NCBI RefSeq assembly: GCF_020745735.1
Contig: NC_083408.1
Location: 93,898,484-93,962,483 of the forward strand
Direction: 5' to 3'
DNA length: 64,000 nt
DNA from: Hemiscyllium ocellatum
Lineage: Eukaryota
Below, one piece after another: positions 35,591 through 49,707 of this stretch. The stretch's first letter is position 1; the number at the start of each line of letters is the position of its first letter. The position numbers were made by a program, and so were the translations under genes. The notes beneath the pieces are model-generated. The model worked only from the letters and a program-made list of their open reading frames with translations. It had not been told where the DNA came from and made no database searches.

Positions 35591-37261
35591 TAAGGTGCAA
35601 AATATTAGTTCGGTAAGAGTTAATTAGAAAATATTATCCAATGTGGAACATTTAATCAGTCTGTGCACTGTGCTAAGGCTAAAACAAATTAATGCTCATT
35701 CTAGTTAGTGCATCGTGATACTTACTTTCAGTTAAATGCAAAATCTACTATACAAGTAGTGAAGATCTGATTGATTAGTTTTATTATTTGTTGCCTTGGT
35801 GAGCTTGACTTGCCTTATTTGAAGATTATCTTGCTGAAAGCTGTTGTAGTTCATAATTATAAAGCTTCATGATTCCTTAAGAACTCATAAAATAAACCTC
35901 AGTGGCCCAATATACTTTCAACAATCTTAAATGATAAGCAAGATTTTCTGTCTCTGTGCAAGACTATAATGGTTCATGTTTGGGTACCATTCTACAACTG
36001 GTGTGAACTGGAGTGCTGCAGTGGCACTGTTTATTGGCCAAGTTCCCGGTAGGCTCATTGCACCGTGTAGCTGCAGAATAAATAGTGCATGAGAAATTCC
36101 CTCAAACAGAGTACAATTGAATTTGACTTGCTTGTGCTCTGACTGTCAGCCAGCGCTGTACATTTCCAAAGAATACTTGGCCCCCATATAAGCTTCCCCT
36201 TCTGTTTGACTGCATTCCTGCGGGAAGTGAAGATATGAATGTTCTGCTATTTCACTGCTATGAAACACAGAGGGAAGACCCGCCAGCCCTATTTACTTCA
36301 CAGGTGGTGATTGGATTCCTTCAGCAGTGAACACTCTTACTGGAAATTTGCCTATAACAGCCCACCCCCCTCCCCTGTGCACTGTTCCTAACCTGTGTAA
36401 TCTCTTTTCTCTTCCATGAGCAATCTGTCCCACCTACGTTCCAGGCTGTTCGATGTTTTTTAGAATCTTCCTCTGTTCCAACTTGCCTCTATTTGTATTT
36501 TTTTCTGATTGCTCGGGTCAGTCCTTGCTTGTGCTGCTTGGATCATTCCTGCTTCATTGCCCTGCTTGTTTGATTTTTCTCCCTTTCTTCCTTTCATCTC
36601 CTGGAGCTTCCTTATGCAATGTTTTCTTTCTCCTCTCTGCAGCTCACACCTTGCTGAATGCTGCCAATCATTTTAACCATGAGTGCCAAGGACATTGTTG
36701 ACATATGAGGGAAACAACAGGGGAGGTGAGGAAGACAGAGAAGAGATAGAAATAAAAATAATCTAGTCAGACAGAGACAAAAATGCAGTAAATAAAATGG
36801 GAAATAATGAGTAAAGTACAAAGCTGCAGTATAAGTGTCTCAGTTGGTGTAAAATACCATAATCTGACATTCTTTCTCTTCTTGTTCTTTTGCAGTTGCA
36901 TATTTCTGAATTATTAATCTCCAAACTTAATTCACTGATTCTTCTGATTTTTTTCCCAAATTGTTCCACTCACTTTTCTTACAGAATTTCCTTTTATTTT
37001 CCCAGTGTCTTTATTTATTTTGAAGACTTTCTTTCTTTAATTTTTCTCATGATCTCAATCTCTTTGCAGTCCCATTCTGTTTTTCTCAGAACCACACTGC
37101 CCCTTATTTTACAAAAACACTTACTCATTTTATTTTCAACATTATTCCTTGCATTTCTATCATGGTTTTCATTATTTGTCTCAGTTATGGTATTTCTCCC
37201 AGCTTTTATTAATTTTTCACGACATACAATTCAGCTGTTAGTAAACATGAACATAACTGGG

Positions 37262-37532
37262 TTAGATTCCCTACAGCGTGGAAACAGGCCCTTTGACCCA
37301 GCCAGCCCGCACCAACCCTCCGAAGAGTAACCGACCCGGACCCATTACTCTCTGACTAATGCATCTAACACTATGGGCAATTTAGCATGGCCAATTCTCC
37401 TGACCTGCACATCTTTGGACTGTGGGAGGAAACCGGAGCAAACCCACACAGACAGTCACCCGAGGCTGGAATCAAACCTGGGACCCTCGTGCTGTAAGGT
37501 AGCAGTGCTAACCACTGAGCCACCATGCCGCC
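37262..37532 (-). mobile_element. HE1 SINE
   Basis: GGGCAATTTAGCATGGCCAA...GGGAGGAAACCGGAGCA...GTGCTAACCACTGAGCCACC. Confidence 0.9.
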
Positions 37533-38064
37533 GCAAGAAACTGAGCATCAATGAGCCAGGTGTTATTTGAATTGACTCTTCAATCACTGGAAAGGCAGGA
37601 ATATTAACACTTCCTGAACAAGAACTACTCAATTGCAGGCAGAATTCCTATGTGACAGCATATGCATAGTGTTTTGGTATTACATCCACTGATGGCATGC
37701 ACACTTAAAAAATAGCACATCATTCTGACATACAAATGTAGAAGTCCTTTCACGTTATAAAGAAGATACAAATGATGCAGCTATTCCCATTCAATGCTAT
37801 CTACAATGTGATTGTGCACTTGCATCTGCCTGTGCAATATGTATTGTCAGAAAGATGACACCAGACTATAGTAGAATAAGAAGAGTAGATATCAATAAAC
37901 TTCCAGTTGCCACGTGCCAAGTGTGCAATCAGTTTTTTTTCCCCCTATTCCTTGGCTATCAATTCCATGTCCAGCCCTGGCTAAGGTTTGAGCCTAACTT
38001 AGTTTAGTTGCAAATTTAACATCAGATTTCACCATAAGAGATCAGTTCTGACCACATATTCACA

Positions 38065-38635
38065 GCATTAATGTGACCATCTATTTCCAAATCCATAACA
38101 TTGCCCATCTTCATCCTATCATATTTCATTGACTTCTGAAACTTTATTCATGCCTGTCTTTGTTACCTCAGGACTCAATTACTCCAACATATTCCTGGCT
38201 ATTCTCCTAAATTCTCCCTGATCTAAACTTGAGGTCATCCCATATTTGGCTGCCTGTGTCTTAAACTACACCAAGTCCCATTCCTTATCAACCACTAGCT
38301 CTCAGTCAAGGAACGGCTCAATGTTAATTCTCTAATCCTTGTTTTCAAATCTCTCCATAGCTTCACCCCTGTTTACCTCTGCAATTTCCTCCAGTCCCAC
38401 AACCCTCCGAGTTCTTTTTATTTCGCTAATTCTCCCTCTTTTCATCTCTTGTTCTATTTCTTCTTCCCCAACTTACTTTCCTCCTTTCAGAAACTCCTTC
38501 AAATCCTACCTCTCTAATTAAATTTTCGATGACCTGATCTGATATCTCCTTCTATGTCTTATACTTCATGAGGATCCCGAAATGTCCAGGGATGTTTTAT
38601 CATGTTAAACATGTTGTATGAGAGACTTACTGCTT
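38065..38635 (+). mobile_element. L2 LINE 3' relic
   Basis: YFQIHNIAHL...ETFIHA...VTSGLNYSNIFLA resembles the L2 RT C-terminus (TLIHAFVTSRLDYSN). Confidence 0.7.
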
Positions 38636-39924
38636 GCTTATTGTTGATCTACTAAACTGAAGGGTTTGATCCTTTTGGAAGCAGCAAAAAGAGTAAACTT
38701 ACCATTAAATAGCACCTTACCATATTCTCACAAACTCCAAAATCAGGTAAGTCCCATCGCTGTCATGTTTTTGGAGAATTCTTCAGCCTGATTGTGAAGT
38801 TTGAGATCCACAAGCACCAAATGATTTGAAATAGCCTGGTAGCTTATCTCTGGTGATGATGGTTATGGGAGGAATACAGGTCAGCACTTCTATGAACATG
38901 TTCAAATGATACCAGGAAATAATTTAAATGCACCTAAATGAACAAATGGGGCTCATGATGCAATTGAAAGCTGACACCTTTCTCTGCACTGCATAAAAGG
39001 CATTAGCCTGGTTAGCAACTGCCAGAGTGAGGTTTGAATTTATAGTCACCTGACTCAGATAAGTGTTGTTGCCATTTGAGCCAAACTGAGGCTTGAAAGG
39101 ATAACATTACGACTCAGTGCATCACTCACTCCCCTGGGGAAAGAATAATATGTGTATGACACTTTGATTTAAATTTTTTCAGACTGTTTTTGATAATGAA
39201 AGACATGGGATTTGATAAAGAAAAAAAATAGATAGATACTGTTTGGATAAAAGCATAGCTTAGAATGAGCCCTCCTAAATCAGTTAGAGATAATATTGTT
39301 CTCTCTGTATTATCTAAAACTGAAGCTTCTGATTTCTAGCCAACAAAATAACTGTGACAGAATGTTTCATTTAGATTTACTTGCACTGATGGACCACACA
39401 CAACAGTGCATCCAGTCATTTACATTTAGCAATATTGATTATTTTGTTAAAGTTGTTTCATTGACTAAAATAAATCTACTTTCCCTTTGAGCATGTCTTA
39501 ATTCTACTTTAATGTATTATTATCACCTTAAGGTGGAGCACCTTATGTTTGCAATATCTCCTAGTCAGTATTGGCAAAGTATATACACTCGTAAAAACTG
39601 TATTTGCGTAATGTTTGGTGAACTGTTAAATGTTTATTTTCACAAGTACTCATCAAGTCAGTATTCTTCCTGTCTGCTGAATTGAACTATGCCATGACAT
39701 CTTCTGAAATCCCAATGCAATGGGAACAATAGTGTTCACTTCCAACAGAAGGATGAAATATATGGCAGTCTGAAATACACACCATTGACTGCGATCATGT
39801 TTTACAGTCTGCATCCTTCTGATTTGAACTTGTATTGGGGAATAACAATGAGTTACTGGTGGGGCAAGAGCAGAGGTGATCAGGCATTATATCTCGCACT
39901 ACTGGCTGACATGCTAGTGTTTTG

Positions 39925-40370
39925 TATTCATTCACGAGATTTGAGATTCATTGACTAGGCCAGCATTTATTGCCCATCATTATTTGCCCTAGGGAAGGTA
40001 GCAGTGAACTGCTGCAATATTTGGTGTATATGTACACCCAAACAGTGCTGTTAGGAAAAGAGTTACAGGATTCAGCTCTGAAGTGGCAGCCATATTGTTC
40101 CAAGTTTGTGGAATGTGTCCGGTTCTGTGAGGTAACAGAGTTTGTAATCTTGGAAAGTGCTATCAGAGGAGCCTTGCTGCAGTGCATCTTGTAGATAGAA
40201 TATACTGAGGCCACTGTGCATCAATGGTGAAAGTAGTGAGTCTGAGTTTGATTTATTGTTTTCACATGAATTTTTAAGTGAGGTGCCACGCATCTGGGAT
40301 CTTTTGTCCTAGATGACGGTGAACTTTTCGAGTATTGCAGCTGCACTCATCCAGGCAAGTGGAGGTTCCC
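39925..40370 (-). mobile_element. Unclassified shark non-LTR 3' region
   Basis: CTAGGCCAGCATTTATTGCCCATC...GCTGCACTCATCCAGGCAAGTGGAG. Confidence 0.65.
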
Positions 40371-40789
40371 TGGCTCCATCCCATTCCTCAAGTGGAGGTG
40401 AGCTTTGGCTTCAGCAAGGCTAGCCACCCACTACCTATGTAGCTAACTGACCCAGTTAATGGCGGCCTAAAACCAATGGCCAGACGTTGACTGGGACTGT
40501 CCATTTGGTCCCTGGTCCCTACAGGCAGATGCGTGATAGCTGCCTGAATCCAACTTCCGGTAGCAGACAGTTTAGGACCGGGCATTCCTGTAATGCTTAG
40601 AAAAACCCCAACCACTACTCCCACCCTCCACACACCCAGCCCCACCCCACATCCTCAACCTTCATTACAGAGGTGCCTGGGCTTGTCCTGATACCCTAAT
40701 ATTCACTTTAATGTTGTTAATATGAACAACATTATTTTTGAAATACTCTTTAGTGAATTATTTGTGGACCAATGGTGGACCTTTCCAAA

Positions 40790-41135
40790 GGATGTGATTT
40801 CAAATCTTACTTTAGACACTTGATCTGGGCTAACACTCCAGTACAATACAGATGGGATGCTGTACTGTTAGAGATTCTGTCTTTGGCATGAGATTACACA
40901 AAGGCTTCTCAACCGGACGTAAAGGATTGCAAGGCACCATTTCATGAAAGGCAGTAGAGCTCTCCCTGGTGACAAGATCTGTGAAAATATGCAGTAAGTA
41001 TTATATTTTATTTCACTGCTGTTGGAACAACATTGGTATGCACGAATAGGATTCTGTGTTTGCTCCACTTTAACAGTGACTGGATTTCAGACATTCGTGA
41101 TGGGCTGTAAAGTAGTTTGGAAGCTCCTGAAGTCT
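40790..41135 (+). mobile_element. DeuSINE relic
   Basis: GCTAACACTCCAGTACAATAC...GGACGTAAAGGATTGCAAGGCACCATTT...GGCTGTAAAGTAGTTTGG. Confidence 0.65.
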
Positions 41136-42109
41136 AGCCAACTTTCATTGCTGTGCCAGAACTTACTTTGACTCTCACTTGTGAGGACTGGCTGTTTGGC
41201 AAGGTACCAGAAGGAAGCCTGCAGCAGTGGAATTGGGTCTCATCACAAGTTGCTGCTTTCAACAGCAATGTAACTTGGAGGGGGTTTAAATAAAAAGCAT
41301 TGGGAAGAAACAGTCTCAGAAAGGTATCAAGGTGGAACATTTGTGCAAGGACAAGGATGCTTTAAATTCTGACAGAGCAGCGTGTGTATAGCGAGAAAGA
41401 ATGAAGAATTCACGTGGCTTCTGAACAAAGCATTAGCTTCAGTACACAGCCTCCTGCTGTCACAGGACTGTGAGAGGGCAAATTGTCTAGTAATTAGATT
41501 CTAGCAGCTTAATAATGGAGATTTCAAAGGGACAATCAGCAGCAGCCAGATTAGATTACCAGTGCTGCTGTTGTGACAGTGACCGTGCAGAGGGGCATGT
41601 TTTTGCTGAGGCAGGAAGCCATCAAAGGGGAAAGGTTTCTCTGTTTTCGTCAAGGGAAATTTGAGTCAGCAAAAATAATAAAACAAGAACGATTGATTTC
41701 ATCTGCAGATGGTACTGTAATTTCTAATTTTGGTCTCCTGTTGACTTTTGCTCAGTTTTCACAGAGGGATAACATCTAACTGCTTTGATGTGTTATTCAT
41801 TGCCAATATTTTCTGAACACTGGAAAGTCAGACGATTTCAGATCAACCTGAATCAGTATCATTCGTATTTACCAGGGACATGGAGTAGGAAATGATACCC
41901 GTGGAAGACTTTTATAGATGACCATCTCAATGTTCATTAATTTGCTCATACTAAATGCGTAAGAGGTGGAGAAAGGCAGAAACAGACATTATGGGATCAG
42001 AATCTGACAGAGTTTGCTGAAAAGTAATCCATCAAGAATCATGATAGGCCCAGGCTTCATTGGACTAAATCTAGTGTGTAGGTGGGGAGTAGCAGAGAGG
42101 AATGACAAA

Positions 42110-43030
42110 AGGGGTCTTTTTCAGGATGACAACCAGTGAATAGTAGAGTTCCAAGGGGTTCAGTGTTGGGACCACAAGTATTCACGTTATACATTAACGA
42201 CCTGCATCAAGGAAGTGAGGCAATGTGTTATATTTGCAGATTACACAAAGAGAGGTGGAGTTTCAGGTAGTGTTAAGGAGATAGAGAAGCTGCAGAAGTA
42301 TATGGGCCTGCTAGGGGAGTGGTCAAATAAATGGCAGATGGAATACATTGTGGGAAAGTATGAGGCTTTGCACTTTGGTTGGAAGAATAGAGGCAGAGGC
42401 TATTTCTAAATGAGGAAAGACTTCAGAAATCTGAATCACAAAGGGACTTGACAGTCCCAGTTCAGAATTCTTTTAAGGTTAACATGCAGGCTCAGTTGAT
42501 GGTTGGGGGGGGGGCATCCACAGGAGGTTTATAATATTGATCCTGAGGATGAAAGTTATGCTGTATGAGGAACAGCCGAGGACTCTGTGTTTCTACTTGA
42601 CACTGTTTAGAAGGCTGGCGACGAGGCGGGTGGGGGTGGGGGATCTCACTGAAATTTGCAGGATACTGAGAGGCCTGGATAGAGTGGATGTGGAGAAGAT
42701 CTTTCTGCTAGTAGAAGAGATGACAACCTGAGGACACAATCTCAGTGTGAAGGGATGACCCTTAAGAACTAAGATGAGGATAAATATTTTCAGCCCAGAG
42801 GGTAGTGGTTTTATAGAACTCATTATGGCAGATGTCTGTGAAGGCCAAGTCATTGAAGTGTATTTAAACCAGAGATAGGTAGGCTTTTGATTAATAAGGG
42901 GATCAAGGGTGACAGGGAGAAGAGAAGAGAATGATATTGAAGAACATATCAACCATGATTGAATGGGAGAGCAGAATTGTTGGATTGAATGGCCTAAATC
43001 TGCTCCTACATCTTATGGTCTTTTGGTCGC
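42110..43030 (+). mobile_element. CR1 RT C-terminal and 3'UTR fragment
   Basis: VPRGSVLGPQVFTLYINDL; FADYTK; KWQMEY; GLDRVDVEKIF; CR1 3'UTR. Confidence 0.85.
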
Positions 43031-44469
43031 CTTTTGAAAAGCAGGCTCTTTTGGTTTTATCAGTTTAGACATTGAGGAGACCTGTTGATATTCTTAGGTT
43101 AGAGGCAATTGAGAGAAGAAAGAACACCAATCAATAGGAGTTAACAGGATTGGAGGCAGGTGATTGTTTTCAGGACATTTAAACATTAAATCAATTATCT
43201 TATTAACTTATAGTGATACTTCCAAATCAATTTATTCAAAATAGTTCTTACACACTTCAGAAATCCTCTGGCTCTGAGGTAAGGACATTACTATTGCTCC
43301 ACAAGACCCACTCCAAAGTCGTTTATTTTGTATGTCTCAGATTACTGTTATTCAAGTGTTTATTGAATTTACAATTTATTTAAATAATGACAATAAGACA
43401 CAAACCTCCAAACCTGAAAAATTCAAACAACACTCATCAGCAAGTAAGGATTGTGACTGAATTGCAACAGCTCTGTTGTCAAAAATTTGGGACAACTTGC
43501 TGTCATTTGGATATTCTTGCTTTGGAAAACTATATGAGAAGACAGTAATATTTGCCTCAAAGAAAAGAAATAAATACAATCGGTGGAAAATGAAAATAAA
43601 CATGAAAGTAAGCAAAACATGAAAGAGAAGAGTCAAGCCATTCAAGTGAAATTGGGGTCATAGATGAAATATTTGTTCCTGATATTTTAACTGGTTATTG
43701 GCCTCTCAAAGTGGAAAATGGAGTGAAAACCTCACCTGAAATCCTAGAAATGCTGTGCTAAGTTTATTTTTCTTTTATTCATTCTTGGGATGTGGGATTT
43801 ACTAGTTATGCATAGCATTTATTGTCCATCTCTAATTGTCCAGGACAATTAAGAGGTAACCATATTGCTAATGGGCTCAAATCACATCTAGGCTAGACCA
43901 GGTAAGGATGGCAGATTTCCTTCTCTAAAGCACTTTTCTACACTGCCTGTTCAATTTAAAAATTTATAATGATGTTTCCAACCATTAATTTAAATACTGT
44001 TGTGTGACCGTACAAATTTATCTTGGTTGATAGCATGGAATGGGTGGCAGTGAATCATCTTTAATGAAAAATAAAATTAATGCCAACACTTCAAACTAAT
44101 TATTTCCAATCATGTTTGGGACAAACATGTAGATAGGTTTTATGAATGCATAAAGTAAGAGCAAAGTAGAAACAATGCAGATTGAGTGTGAGAAGCAGAA
44201 ATGCTACTTGGAAATTTGGTGCAGAGAAGGAAGCTTGTGCTGCTTTTTGGACCGTTACTCACCCTCCAGTCACTAATGATTTATTAAAGGCATTAATTAA
44301 GTGAGCAGGTGGGTGAATGCTTGACGTTTTCTAAGATTTTAACCCTCGATATCAGAATTTGAAATAATACTGGAGAAGTCTTAGTGTTGGATTTAATTTA
44401 TTAGTCAAAGGAAATATTTAATAGTCATTTGGCAGTACAGAATTTGACTACTGAGACAAAAAACACATT

Positions 44470-46125
44470 TTGTGGACGCTTTTCATCTTGCACTTATCAG
44501 GACTATTTCCAAAAAAATGCATACATAATGTTTATATCGTATGAGAAGAGAGCACTGATCGGTTTACATGTCAACTCTATTTGGTGAGCTTTTGCTATGG
44601 AGACTGCACCAGTTAGATGATGACAGACAGTTAACTGCCACATTTTGTTGAAATTTTAAATCAGCTGCTGTTGACTCTGATTGCTCAATACATTGTTCTG
44701 AGAAATGGATCAGAGAATGGCTGAGACTTGTTTTGCTCGGTTGAAACAGGTGCATCATGGTCAGATGTTCTTTTTGTTTGTCAGTAGCTTCCAGTATGTG
44801 CAAGTGCACCACATGGTAAGTCCAACTGACATTCCAAAATTGTTTGGCAATGTAATTCAGACCACGCCCAAAGTTATTTAATAACATTAGCCAATAACTG
44901 AATCACATTTAATGTTGGACACTGTGCTTTGAATTTAAAATAGGGACAGGTTGGGTACAGCTAGTACCTTACTTGTTGCAAACTGCTTTGAGGATGTTCT
45001 GTTTGAAAACTACCCATCAGTCATTGGGCCTATGTACCTAACATCATAACTGACTTATGTGATAGGCAGAACATCTTTCTAGCCTGACAGAAGCACCCTA
45101 TTCATTATGAATACCTTTTCTGTTGCAACTGGATTGTAGCAATGTAAATAGCTAGCTTCAGCCATTGCTCGTAATTTTGACATACTTTGCCCTTACACAG
45201 TAATCTGACACAGCCTGGATAGTATTCTGGACCAAAACCAAGGGCATTCGGCCTGTGCATGAAACTGCACAACATACAATGAAAAATGATCTAATGTTAG
45301 CTATGATTCCAAGATTGGATAACATTTACTAAATTATACTGATTGCACCAATAATTATGCTGACAGCCTGTTTACAATTGTCTGTTTAGCTTGCAGTTTA
45401 GTGCACAATGTCATGCAGGCAAGACTCTGTCAAAATATTTCAGAAGGTAGCCTAGATCCTAACTTTTTCTTATTTTAAAGGCAGATGGAAAGTGGATAGC
45501 AAAGAAGTGATGCAACTGGGTAAACCACTCAGCTTGAAGCAAAACATTATTTATTTAAACACTACAAATGAAACACAAACAATAAAAAAAACAGAATTTC
45601 GAATAATTTAATTATTTGAAAACCAAACCAATTTAATAGAGCAACTCAACTAAAGAGCTGTTCCAATTCCCGCAATATCTCTTAAACACACCATTTGGCA
45701 AAAGTTAAATTCTAACACAGGTTCTTATAGGCAGAAGAGATTCCAGAGAGAGAAACCAGTCTGGAATCATCTGCTGAAGCTTGGAATCTTTCTCTGGATG
45801 GCAGCAACTTCTCACTGTTACAACTAAAAGAAACTAGAAAAACACTGAACTGGGAGAACTGGCCTCTCCCCTGCCATTGTTAAACTAGGCTTATTGTCAG
45901 ACATTTCAGCACCTCTGCCTTTACAACCTCTCTTTAAAAAATGTCAAGGACAAAATAACCTTGTTCAAGGGGCAGCATCATTACAACATGCACATACTGG
46001 ATGTTAATTGTCAGCCATCATCTAACTGGTACATTCTCCATGTCAATATCTCACCCAATTAGAATCCTCTTTTCCTGATGATTGCAGATGGAAAGCCTTG
46101 ACAAATGTACCTTTTTCAGGGATAT
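44470..46125 (-). mobile_element. Old PLE of a second, non-Neptune lineage: GIY-YIG relic with inverted pLTRs
   Basis: Minus remnants GFGPEYYPGCVRL..KGKV, KDVLPIT, DVRYIG, KCDSVIG, LLNN...HLHILEAT...KQKEH. The block at 44575-44636 is mirrored at 46003-46065. Hammerhead-like motifs at about 44476-44503 (-) and 46073-46100 (+). Confidence 0.7.
45409..45985 (-). mobile_element. Probable solo LTR
   Basis: TG...CA ends with an imperfect terminal inverted repeat (TGTCATG / CATTACA). Flanks ACAA and ACAT give a 3/4 TSD. Minus-strand AATAAA near 45550. Confidence 0.6.
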
Positions 46126-48299
46126 TTAAACTATTCAATACAATTACTTGATGAGTTATATTTCTATACTTGAAACATAACTAGTTAACTAAAGCACAAT
46201 GAAGATATTAGACATGCATATTTGAGATATGTCATAGTTAAAACATGTGGGATCATATAGACACCCACACCATGCTTGACAACAACATTTGCAGGAACTG
46301 TCTGCAGATTGAGGAAACTCAACTCAGGATTAATAAGCTGGAGTCTGAATGTCAGACACTGCAACATTTTGGAGAGAGAGAAAGTTGCCTGGCCACCACT
46401 GTATAAATTTAAGGCTGAGAAGGACAGAATTTTAGTCTCTTGGGGAAATCAAGGGATATGGGATGCAAAAGGGATGTGGATTTATTTCCCAGTATCAGTC
46501 ATGATCATATTGAATGGCTGAGCAGGCTTGACAGCTATTTTCTTATTTTTAATTTATTTTTGACACCTTAAATATTACTTTTAAATGAAATGTATATCTA
46601 ATATCTATATATACATGTGAGTATATACAGACTATATATATTTAGCCATTGCTGCATTTTTTTGTTCTAATACAACATGGTTAAAATTAATCATGAAGTG
46701 AGGCTGAATGTAGTGCTGAAACCAAGAAGCATCACATTGAGATAAAGCATAAAGCAGACATTTAGTGAGCTGTAATGGTGCAGTGGCATTGTCCCTATTT
46801 CTTTGCTGGAAGATACTGGTTAAACATCCATCTACTCTAGAGTGCGGCAACACATAGGAATGGTTGATTTAAATTTTCTATAACCAGTGACGAAAGTAAC
46901 AAATTTTGTTTGTTCATTGTACATCATTCAATGTTTTATGCAAACGAAGAACTTGGGAAAACCTTGTGAAAGTGGAAGAAAGTGAGGAGTGAATCTGCAA
47001 ATGTCTGAAATGAAGAAATATTAAGAATATCTAAAGAATGAAAGAGCTCGACAAACAATACAGATGGATATACTTAATTTGACCTTCTTTTTGGATTTCT
47101 AGAATTTTCTGGATTCTCATTACATTGTTGCCAATTTTCTTTCCTTTATCAATTCAGCCTTTGTAGATGGTGGTTGTCAGCTGAGTTAAGATTGCCTAGT
47201 AGCTATCAGATCACTAATATCTCTAAATTCTGTTCTACATTGTCATATGAGACATTTGTTTCGAAATGGTTAAAGACCATTTTCAGGCACAGAAACAAAG
47301 ACTCACGGATGAGTCTGGAGGCGTGAGGCACAGCTGAGATTAACCCTCAGTCCACCTGTATTAATTTGGACAAGTTGCGGTGTGCCTGTTGCATCTCCAG
47401 AGGCCACATGTCTATTTGAGAAGGATATATTTCAGACTTTGTCTCTTGCCAGTCGCAACTATTAGTTAAATCCCAGGAAGTGCATTGGAAGGGTGGATCA
47501 TGAGCTAATAGCAGATTCCAGACCTGGTGTGGAGCCAAGAAGAGATCACTAATTTCTTTTGATTTCACATCAACATAAGTTTCTGTTCTATTTAGCATTT
47601 GCCAATTTAGCAGAGGACTCCTAAAGCAGGCCTAATTTACAACTATCAAGAAACCTAACACAAGAAACCTGCACAATCAGGAGCAAGAATCCTGCAACTT
47701 GTTTTTTACATGGGTTGTCAAGCCAAAGGCCTTGTATACCTATACCAGCTAGAATTAGATAATTCGGATTACTTCTCTATGGAAATCGAAGTTACTCTAC
47801 AGAAAATACTTAAGAGTAGAGATAGTTATTACTCATTTAATTTGTTTTATAATGACTCAAATCTACTGACTTACTTTATTATATTCTCAATAATTTGCCT
47901 TTCAATAAACTAAAGCAATTATTTGTGAATCTTACATTGTCTTTGCCTTACTACTTAATCCCTCCGCCGTTCTTATCTTAACTCTCCATTATTCCCTCCA
48001 CTACTTTAACCAGGCTCAACTAATGCTTCAGTGACAAGGGGGTCAATGCCTTCTATTTGGCATCTTCCTCGATTTTACAGCATGTTAGCAAATTTCATGT
48101 TGTTTTGCCATTTTTAAAATGTCTTTTCTTTGCCTTGTGATAATCTTTAATGCCATCTAACAGATACAACCCATTTACTTTCTCTCTGGAATTTATATAG
48201 ATTTATGTAGAAATTTGCTTATCTTTCAGTTTTCAGTTCTGATGAAGATTTGCACCTGAAGAATCAACATCTTTTACCTTCCCTGCTCAAAGAAAAGCG

Positions 48300-48680
48300 C
48301 AATTAAAAATTTTGCATTCATTTCGTACGTTTCAGCTTATCCCAAAGCACTGTCCGATTTACAAAGTATGTTTTAAAATGCGCTAAGTCTTGTTACAGAT
48401 GGAATGTGGCAAACAATTAGCACACAGTGAGTCACACAATCAGCAACATGTACATATTTTATTTCTGTGACAAAGGGATAATTATTGATTAAGAAGCCAG
48501 GGAAAATATCCTCAAACTTCTTTAAAATGTTGTCGAGGGATATTTCATATGGTTGGATGGGGCTTAGGTTTCCCATAACACTGCATTAGTTTCAGTCCAG
48601 ATTCTATGTTCAAGTTACTGAACTTTAACCTAAATCTTCAATATTCTGGTTTTGAGGTGTGATTGTGAGGCATAAGTTGT
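48300..48680 (-). mobile_element. DeuSINE relic (copy A)
   Basis: CCCAAAGCAC...GCACACAGTGAGTCACACAATCAGCAA...CCAGGGAAAA, the antisense Deu domain. Confidence 0.6.
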
Positions 48681-49421
48681 GATTGATTGGAAGTTTATTT
48701 TGTTGCGGTTTTCGCTTTATCCATTAAAGCTTCATTGGCCTTCCCTTAATAAAGTGTTCCAGAAATCTGTCAGTTTTTCAGTGAACAAGTTACATCACAA
48801 TTTCAAATGAGAAATTTATTGCTTAATTCTAAAACAAGTCTCTTAAGTCAGAACAAAACAAACTACGTAAGTGAGTATGAATTGGCAATTGGGAAACTAA
48901 CTGGAAAGTTATAATGATGGATAACTTTTGGCAAACATTTAAAGATATAATTCACAACAAATGTATGTTACACTAGAACAAAACCCTTTTAATAAAGTGG
49001 ACAAACCAAAGCTAACAGCTAATGTCAAAGATTGTAATGTAAGTGGTGCTGAAGGAAGAGGCTTTTAGTTATACCAAATAGAATGGTAATCCTGAAATGT
49101 TGGGAGGATTTTAGAATTCGACAAAGATTCACAACAAAATTGATTGAGAGAGAATAGCGAGAGGTATGAAACAGATTATTAAAGTTTCTGAGGATAAGTG
49201 AAAGGCGAGAAAGTAGTGAAAGTAAACAAGAGTCTCTTAAAAGTAGTAATAGAAAATATTATAGTGGGCACTAAAGATTTGCCAGAGATATTGAATAAAT
49301 ACTGACATGTGTTTTCAAGTTAGAATGCATAGATATTTCTAGAAATAGTGCAAATTCAAAGAACAAAACAAATTAAGGATCTTTAAAAATTGACATTATT
49401 TATTAAATAATATGTCAGAAA

Positions 49422-49705
49422 ACAATTTGCACACAGTAAATCACATAATCAGCAACATGTAGATAGAGTGTTTCTTTGAGTAAAGGTTAATTATTGATGA
49501 AGAGTCCAGGGAAAATATCCTTAGGTTTCTTTAAGAAGTTGCCATAGAATATTTCAAATGTTTGAATGGGACTTTGGGTTCCCAGACACTGAATTGGTTT
49601 CAGTCCAGCTTTTGTGTTCAAGTTCCTGAACTTAAATCTGAATCTTGAACAGTCTGGTTCAGAGGTGAGATTGTGAGATATGAGTTGTGACTGATTGACA
49701 GTTTT
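49422..49705 (-). repeat. Local direct duplicate of about 48413-48686 (DeuSINE relic copy B)
   Basis: Co-linear similarity over about 270 bp, including the same apparent internal shortening. Confidence 0.75.
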
Positions 49706-49707
49706 GG

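Noticed and set aside
36890-37330. 146-aa hydrophobic ORF resembling a membrane protein
   Set aside because: It arises from T-rich low-complexity DNA (F/L/I/S codons) and runs into an antisense HE1 SINE.
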